From the IMG/VR virus record IMGVR_UViG_3300020045_008339: a stretch of 20,000 nucleotides of DNA. One strand, written 5' to 3'. Position numbers and translations under genes: made by a program. Position 1 is the first letter of the stretch; every line of letters starts with the position of its first letter. Below the pieces are notes generated by a model. The model was not told the origin of the DNA. It was given only the letters and a program-made list of their open reading frames with translations, and did not search any database. This document shows positions 1-9,000 of the stretch, one piece after another. The stretch comes from an uncultured virus (IMG/VR IMGVR_UViG_3300020045_008339). Lineage: Duplodnaviria; Heunggongvirae; Uroviricota; Caudoviricetes.

Positions 1-3000
1 TTCAGCAGAATACTTCTTACGCTGCCATGCAGTAAAACTTTCGTTCAATTTTTGAACCTCTTTAGTAAGTACAGCTTTTTTCTTGAAGATGGGGTCGCCT
101 GAAAGTTCTGCGGCCATTGCTCCCATATCAACATCATCTTCCGCAATATCCTTCATCCTACGCTGTATAGCACCACCCAATTTTAACTGTGCAATGAACT
201 TAGCTTTAGTATTCACCAATTCGTACATTGATGCATCCAGTGTACGCTCCGTAGCATAGTAATAAGCCTGTACCTTATTGTCACGGTGCATCTTCGCCAT
301 TATGTTCATCTGGCGTTCAAACCTGCCGTTCCTCTGTTCCAAGTCAGCAGGTTTCCAAGTAATATCAAGATGGTGGCCAGCGATTACCCTCTTCTGTACA
401 TTCACGCCAACACCCATTTTACGGGTACTGCCAATAAGTACACGAACATCACCATTGTTTACCCTCTCATAAAGTTTTTCCCTCTTGCTCCTACTGTCAT
501 GGTCATGGATAAACTCTATTTCTTCTGGGGCAATACCCAATTCTATAAGCGATTTTTTCAAGGCATTGTAAACATCAAAACGTACAGCAGTATTAGCCTC
601 ACGCACAAGGTTGTCAAAGTCGGCCTCCGTAATGTCAAGGTACTTACCTGTACCATCATCTTCTTTGGCAAGCAGCTTCGTTTTTATTTGGGAAAGTGCA
701 GGCTTTTTACCCCCTTCGCCAAAACTCTCACCAAACACTTCTATCATTTCTGTATCACTAAGCATCCCTTCATCTTCCAAGAAATTGTAAAGGTTAGTAA
801 CCTGGTCTTTTGTCTTTGGAGTGCCAAGGTCACAGAAAACAAGTTGAGTGCCCTTGTATGGCGTTGAATCAACGTACTCTTCCAATATGTTACGGGCAGC
901 AGCTTCTATCTTGCTTCCCTCGCCTGCATCCGCATCTATCAAACGTGGGTCAACGGAAAGTTTCTTTGCAAAAGTTGTGGCCAGTACAGCGTAGGAAGGA
1001 TTAACACCCTTTTGTTCATCATAGCCATTTTCAAGTCCTAGAGTTTCCTTGTAAGCGTTACCCTTTGTTGCAATGTATTCCTGCAACATGCCTATGTATT
1101 CCAATTGGGAATTGGTAGGCTCAATCTTAACCAGTGTATGAATGGCTTTTGGCCTATCAAGTACAATGTTGTTTGCATTGCGTACATCCGCAATTTCCTG
1201 ATACATGGTTATAAGTTCAGGTAAGTTCACAAACTGCCTGAACCTGCTTACCTCTTTGAACCTGCCCATGTAATATTCAAGGTCGGTAAAGTCCTCTGCA
1301 AAAAGAGCAGCCCACTGATCAAAAGTCCTTATGCCTAATTCAAGCATCTTGTTTGGACGGAGGTACTTGAACAAAAGGTACAGTTCGGCCATTGTGTTTG
1401 ATATAGGCGTACCCGAAGCGAACAGGATACCTTTGTCGCCACCGTTAAGATTTTGCAGGTAACGGCAAGATATAAGCATGTTGAACGCCCTCTTACTGCC
1501 TATCATGTTACCTAAGCCACGCACATTCCTTTTCTTGGTAATAAATTCAAGGTTCTTGAACTCTTGGCTTTCATCAACCATCATGAAATCAATACCCAAC
1601 TGGCTAAAGTCCAGAATATCTTCATCCTTCTTTACATTCTTCAAATTGGCAATACGCTGCCTGTAATTGGATAGCCTATTTTCCAAACCTTTCAATTCCT
1701 TCTTATCAGTAATGCCCCTCATTTCATCTTCAATCTCACTGCATAGTTCATCAATCAACTTAACCTGTATTTCAACAGGCATTGGGATTGCGTTAAGGTT
1801 CTCATGCGTAAGTATAATTGCGTCCCAATCGTTTGTGGCAATTTGGGAAAGAAGTCTTTTCCTGTTTTCAGGTTTGAAATCATTCTGCGAAGGGAACAGG
1901 ATTTTTGCCAATGGGTAAGCCTTCCTGAACTCTGCTGCAAACTGTGGTATCTGTGATTTAAGACCTGTTATCAATGGTTTCTTGAACACACCAAGCCTCC
2001 TGCCTTCCATTGCGGTGGCAATCATCATCAATGTTTTACCAGAACCAACAATGTGGTCGGCAATACCGCCCTTCGTAGTAACAAAACGCCACACGCCATC
2101 CTTCTGGTGCGGCCTCAATTCAAAACCAAGCATACCCGGCAACTGTAGATGGGAACCATCGTACTGCCTAAGTATAGTTGTGTTGTAAACCTTATTGTAA
2201 ACTTCCTGTATATTATTACGGATGGTTTCATCTTCGTACTTCCATTGGTCCCATAGGTTGCGTAGCTTCTTATAGTTGTCTTTAGCTACTGCTGTATCGG
2301 TTTCATCAATATAAGTCTTACCTTCCCTGTCTGTGTACTTGACAATTGGCTCTATACCATTAAGGGCATGTTCAACAATCCACGAAGCCTTCTTTCTTGA
2401 AGTGGAAAAAGCATCGCTCTTTGCTGATTCACTCATACTAACAGTATAACTATCATTGCTCCTTGAGTAACGTATCATCAAAGAATTGTCACTCATAACA
2501 TGCTGCAAGAACTGTTTCAGGAACGCAGTTGGCAACCAACGGGCATTCATTGGGCTGTAAATATCTATAGCCTCAATATCTGCTGGCTGCACTTTCTGCA
2601 ATTCCGAAACATTATGCTCCATCCTTGCATCTTTCGCCTCCTGTAGCTTCTGTTTGACATTGCCAGACAGATATTCCTCTCTACTTACAAAAGTATTATT
2701 AGGCTGCTCGAATATAGCACCACCCTCCCTAGTTTCATCAATCAACACTTGCTCTGCAGATTTACCAAGCAGTTCCCCAATCCTGTGCAAATTGAGATTG
2801 CCAAACTCTTCAAGTGACACCAATATTGCATCATGCACATTATCAACCTTGTCAAGTTTTTTAACTGGTTTGATAGTACGCTGTGTGAAAACATCAGAAG
2901 GAACATAGCGGCCGCTTTCATCTTTCTTTTCCAATGCAAGGATGGTCCACTGGTCAGCATCCTGCTTAACAAGTGTGTAATTATCCTTTGCATTCAAACG

Positions 3001-6000
3001 GCCAAACTGCTTAACAAAATCGTCGTAAACACCTTTGAGAGCCTTTCTTGTATTGGTTACGGCAAAATCGTTGTAGCCATTAAGTTCCTGATAGAACAGT
3101 TTATTTACAAAAGCCCTTATCTTGGTAAACAGTGGGGCCTTTTCCCTTTGCTCCTTTCCGAGCCTCAATTTTTCAACTGCACGAATATTGAACATGTCAG
3201 CAGACAATCCAACACTTTCAAGTTTTTCTGAATCAACAACCCCGTCCCTGATACGGTCAGGATTTATACCTGCCGCCCATGCTTTTGCATCCAGTTCCTC
3301 GTCCTTGTAAATATCACCAGTAACCCTACCTACATCACCAGAAGGGAGTACAACGATATTGCCTATCTTATCGTACTCTTCATTATTTACATAGTCGCTG
3401 GTTTCTTTTTTTACACGTTCGTTTTTTTGCTTCTGTTCCTCTGTGAAAAGTTCTTTCGTGAATATCTTGCCAATAGCTGTGTTGATGGCAGATTCAAGGT
3501 CAACACCTTTTCCTGAAAGGTTGAAGCTGTCATTTGAATAGAGGCCACCCAACTCAACCTTTCCAAGCATCATATCTGGATTGATATGGAAATATGAATT
3601 GTACGATACTGGCGTACCATTAATGGTAGTTGATTTTGATTTTACAAAAGACTGGTCAAGTATTTTTGTTTCGCCAATATCATATTTGCGGATGAAGATA
3701 ATATCTGCAACAACCTCCGTTCCTGCCGCAGCTTTGAATGTTGTGTCTGGCAAACGTATAGCACCAATCATTTCACCTTGCTCCGCAATCAGTTCCCTTG
3801 TTTCCTGACTTTTGGAACTGTCCATCGTTCCCTTTGAAGTAACGAAGGCAACAACACCACCCGGCCTAACAAGGTCAAGCCCTTTTGCAAAGAAATAATT
3901 GTGTATGCTTTTTGATGCAGACTGGTAGCGTTTGTCCTTACTTGCAAACATTGGGTCGAAAACTGATGTGCTGCCAAAAGGCACATTGGAAACAACAATA
4001 TCGTAATGGTTTTCTGGCAACCTTGCATCCTGCAAACCTTTGATATGAACATCGGCTAATGGATAAAGCTGCTTGAGCAACCTACCTGTAAGTTCATCAA
4101 TTTCAACGGCAGTTATTTCAGAGTTGGAAGACATTGCCTGTGGCATGGCAGCAATGAAGTTTCCCTTACCTGCGGAAGGCTCAAGGAAAGAACCACCCTT
4201 GAAGCCAGCAAGTGCAAGACCGTGCCATATAGATTTGGTAACAACGTGAGGCGTAAAGTGGGCATTGAGAACGCCAGCCTTTATCCCCTTCAACAAACCC
4301 TTTGCTCCTGTAGGGTCGAACAATTTAATTGCATCATGAACAGCTTGCACCTTGTCACGGTAGCGTTCATCAATTTCTTTCCATCCTTTTTCTGCTGGGT
4401 CTAACAGTATTTCTTTAAGTCCACCAAAACCAACATATTTGGCAAGCACAGATTGTTCATCAGGATTTGCCAATCTACCTGTTGATTCCAAATCAAACAA
4501 AAGTTTCAATGCTTCAATATTATTATTGAACATTATATTTTTGTTCCAAGTGGATTGCTCCTTAAAGTCTGTAGGGATGGTGTAATTCATAAGCCGAACT
4601 GCTGCGTTGTTTCCGGCCAAGCTATTTCCCTCGCCTCCGATTGGTTCAGTCCTGATGCTATCAGCATTTCCATTTTCTGGCTGTACTCCTTCTCCGCTTT
4701 CTGTACTGTTGCTATCAGTTTTCCCTCCCCTTTCAGTTGGTCGTACAGTGGTTTTTTGTAATCCTTTATCAGGTTTAGCAGCATCGTTCCGTCTGTTCCC
4801 AGACTTTCCGCTTCCTCCTGACTGTTCTGTATCACCTTGTAATGTGCCATCGTCGTTTGGTTTAAATATTTCATCGTACCTTTTCTCAAACAGTACCATT
4901 AAATTTTGTTTCTCCGCCTTGCTTCTTGCTTCACTAGGTAATTCTATACCAAGAATCCTTTCCAATGGTTGTGAATAATACCTGTTATTCCATGCACCCG
5001 TAACACTGGAATCATTAACAAGCCCTTCAAAATTACGGGTAACAAAATTGTTTACCATCGTGTACAGGTACTTTGGCAAATAATCAAAATCCCTTGTGCT
5101 CAAAAATTCCTGCTTAACAAAATCAGCAATCGTATCAACATCAGGCGACTTCAAAATATCCAGTGCATCAATTTTGTTGCCTTCCTGATAGTTGGCAAGG
5201 ACACCGCTTACTACGCTATCCAGTTTTTCCTGCCACGCCCACTCTATACCTGGCCTTTCATAAATGGTATTATAAACATCCGCAACCATTTCGGCCACCA
5301 GTTCATCACCATTGGGCAATCCTTCCTGTGCAGCCCTACGCTGCATGTAATCAAAGAACAATAGATGCTGGGCTTCCTGTGCATCCTGTGCAGCCATATC
5401 AATCTGGTCTATCCTTTTTTGGATAGCTTGAGCAGCAAGTTCCAATTCCTTCTTTTCATCCTTGTTACGGGTAGCCTTCTGCTGGGAAACAAGTTCCTTC
5501 AATTCCTTTTGCAACGGCTCCACTTTACCCTGATGCTCTGCAATAAATTCATCGTTCACTTCATTTATCGCAGAAACATTCCTGTCCAGCATTTCCACAA
5601 GAGGAGGAGCAACAAATTTGTACTCACCTTCTTCAAACATTTCTGTTTGGGCTGATGGTTTGCCCTGAATACGTTCCAGTTGCTTGTAAAGGCTATTCAG
5701 TTCATTTTTGATTTTTTGCACAGCCCCTTTCTCACGCTTGGTTGCAACCTCTCTTTGGGTAAGGTCAATCTCTGCACTAAATAACTTTTCATTTGCATTT
5801 CCTTCGGCAGTGGCTCCAAACAAATCAGGAGTGGAATTTGAAATAGTTTTTTCAAGGGACTTGATTTTAGTTTTCAGTTTCTTCTCTGCCGTAGCAAGCT
5901 GCTTCTGTTTTTCATCAATCATGGCCATTACAGCCTTTTCCTCATTGGTCAGTCCAGATAACCTACTGACTTCCTGTTCTGCTGTATCTCCTTCGAGTTC

Positions 6001-9000
6001 TCCACCAGTTCCTTCAAGGCTTCCTTGTCCCCCTGTTTCCTCTGGTTGTTTTTCTCCTTTATCTGTAGAGATATTCTCTCCAACCCATCCAGCAAGGAAG
6101 AGTTGTTTTTCTGTGTCGTTAAGTTCGTTGTCATTTTCTATTAGGTTTTTTATCTCTGCCTGTTGTGATTCCGTTAAGCCAAACTGTAATTTTTCTCCTT
6201 CGCTAGATTCCAATATAACGGGCTTATTGTTATTTTCCGAATTATCGAAAACAACAACTGAAACATCTGGGAACTGCTTAAGAAAATCAATCCTGCCATC
6301 CTGTGCATTGGTGGCCCTTATAAAGTATTCAAGACGTACTACTCTTCTATCCTTGCCCTTATGATACCTCTTAATGATGTTGGCGAAGGCTTGTGTCGGT
6401 ACATTGTAAACAAGATTTACATGAACCGCTTTGCCGTTACCAGTTGCTTTCTCAACAAAGGTAACCAATTTTTCGTTATCAGTAAACACACCGTCCCAAA
6501 CGAAAGACCTATCAGCCTTTGCACCTGTCATTACAGATGATTTGCCCACACCGGGACCACCAATAACAAACGATACTGCATCATAGTCTGGTGAAGTAAT
6601 CAACTTGTCATATACGGAGTTTAAAATAACTGCCATATCATAGTTGTACTTTTCTGGAAAGGCTGCATCATAGTCTGGTATGAAAGTCCTGATTTTATCA
6701 GGGTCGGCCACGCCTTCAAAAGAAGCAAGGTAATTATCTACAACTTCGTTATGTTGTCCTTCGGTAAGGAGGAACTTTTGTCCTTTAGTTTTTTCGTTGC
6801 CATCGCCAACAGGTTTGCCATCAGTGTTTTCCTTACTTCCTTCGGGAACTTTACCATCATCTGGTAAAACGGTATCGTCCTCCTGTTCGCCTTGAATGTC
6901 GTTGTCGGTTGTTTCATCAATTAATGCTTTAATGTTATCAATAACTTCATCTGGGAATGCTGCTGCAAACTGTTCATCAAATTCTTCCCTATTTGCTTTG
7001 TAATCTTCCTGAAAATTTTCTGGGAAAAATTCATTATCAAAACCTTCATCAAACCTTTCTGTCATGAACGCTTCAAAGTTCACAGGCCATTGCTCTGGTA
7101 TTTCATCAAAGGCACGTTGAGGCTCAAATTCTCCCCACACAAGCAGTTCATCTTCTGGCATTTCATCAACAACTTCCGCAGCTTCTTCCTGAATATCCAT
7201 GTACGCCTCAATAGGAACACCTATACGGTTATTTGTCTTTCCTGCACGTTGCACGAAATCAATATAGCCGCTATTGTACTGCCCTTCCAATGCATCAAGC
7301 ACATCAAAAGAATGGGCATTGGGTTTTCTTTTGGCAATAGCCTTCAACCCTGAACGTACATAAGTTGCAGGGATACCCAAATCAACCTTGGGCTCAAATT
7401 TATCTGAATCGTTAAGTGAACGCTCCAATTGTGGAAGGAAGGAATTGTAAAAAGACTGGAACTCTTCCGACCTGTTTTCAAGACCAGCACGTTTGCTAGT
7501 ATCACTTTCCATCTTTACTGATGGACGTTTCATTTTTACGCCAGCTTCATCAACAATATCAAAGTTCCTTTTACCACCTTTGCCAGACCTTGTTCTTATG
7601 GTGTCTGTATATTTAATGGTTGCACCTATTTGGTTTGCCAAGTCATTGGCTTGCTTCTCAATCTGTGAAAGTTTTTTTGTTGCATTAGCAGGTGTCCTCC
7701 TGTGTTCATCACGCAGGTTCATCAACGTGCTAATAGTAGCATCGTTTTCGTTTGACAAAATATCGTCCAGTAAATCCTCTGCTTTTGAAACAGAAGAAGG
7801 AGTGCCGTTACCAGCACCACCTTCTGTTTTTTCTAGTGGCCCCTTTTGCTGCCCCCCGTCCTTCCCCCTACCATTCTGGTTGCTGGGTTCTTGGTTGGGT
7901 AACTGCTGCTGGGACCTCCGGGCTTCTTGGTCACTGTCGCTTTCGGACTGCTGCTGCCTTTGCCCATTTTGGGTTTGATTCCTGCCATGACTGTTGGTTT
8001 TTGATGAAGAAATATGTTCTAAAAGTTTTCTTGATGTATCTAATTGATCTTGAATATCGCTCTTTTTACCACCGTCTTTATACTCTACACCTCCCTTGAA
8101 CTTAGTTAATGCTTTTTCAAGTAAATTAATATTTTCTTTAAGTTGTTCAATCTTTGCTTTCTTTTCAACATCGGTCGAAGAATTAAAATCTAATAATGAT
8201 TGTTTTACACTTTCATCACCCGGATTAGCACTGGTATCTTCTGGGTTCAGTTCAATAGGATTGCTTATATCTTCTGGCTCACCCCTGATAATACTATTAA
8301 CGCCAGCTATAAGTGATGTATCGTCAATAGGAAGTTCCTCCGGACGCTCTGTTATAATCTCCAATTCTTCTGGGGTGAAACTGTCAAGGAAACTATCCAC
8401 AAGTTCCGTTCCCCTTACTTCTTCACTGGCCAATATTGTAGCAATATCATTTCGCCTTCCATCAATCTTGTCTGCTGCACTTTGGGCAACTACCTTAACA
8501 TCATCGTCTGCCACACCTACATTTCTATTTGCAGAAGGATTGATAATAGCATTCTGTATGGCCAATGCCTCTTCCGTATCCTGATTGATAATATCAATTT
8601 GTGACTGCAATGGTTCATCTGCAATAAGTTTGTTATTATGCCTTATACGGTACTCCTGTGCAGCAAGTGTTGCAGCCTCCTTTTGTGTCAAAGGAACTTC
8701 CACTCCATCACGAATTTTTGTTGTTGGCATTTTGCTTACAATCTTCTCCATCGTGTTTACCGCACGGATATTCCTGTCAGCTTCTTCCTGTGTTATTTCG
8801 CCAGTAGCCAAACTCTTATTAAAATACGCCCTATAAGTATCAGGGTTCATGCCAGCTTCAAAAAGGCTTTCCTTCAATATATTGCTCCTGTCACGTCCCC
8901 TTCTCATGCCAGCACCGAAACCAAGGCCCATTGTTCCAATGGCTGTTTGCACAAATGTTTCAAGCATACTGTTACCAAGTTCGCCCGGCGTTGTATCCTT

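Noticed and set aside
1755..4052. Minus-strand alternate-frame ORFs 1755-1940, 2742-2993 and 3789-4052
   Set aside because: They overlap conserved methyltransferase/helicase sequence rather than linkers and have typical shadow-frame composition, so I did not count them as nested genes.
5320..5396. Short cctgtgca repeats
   Set aside because: They encode repeated AQ(D/E) residues in a helical stretch and are too short to be meaningful.
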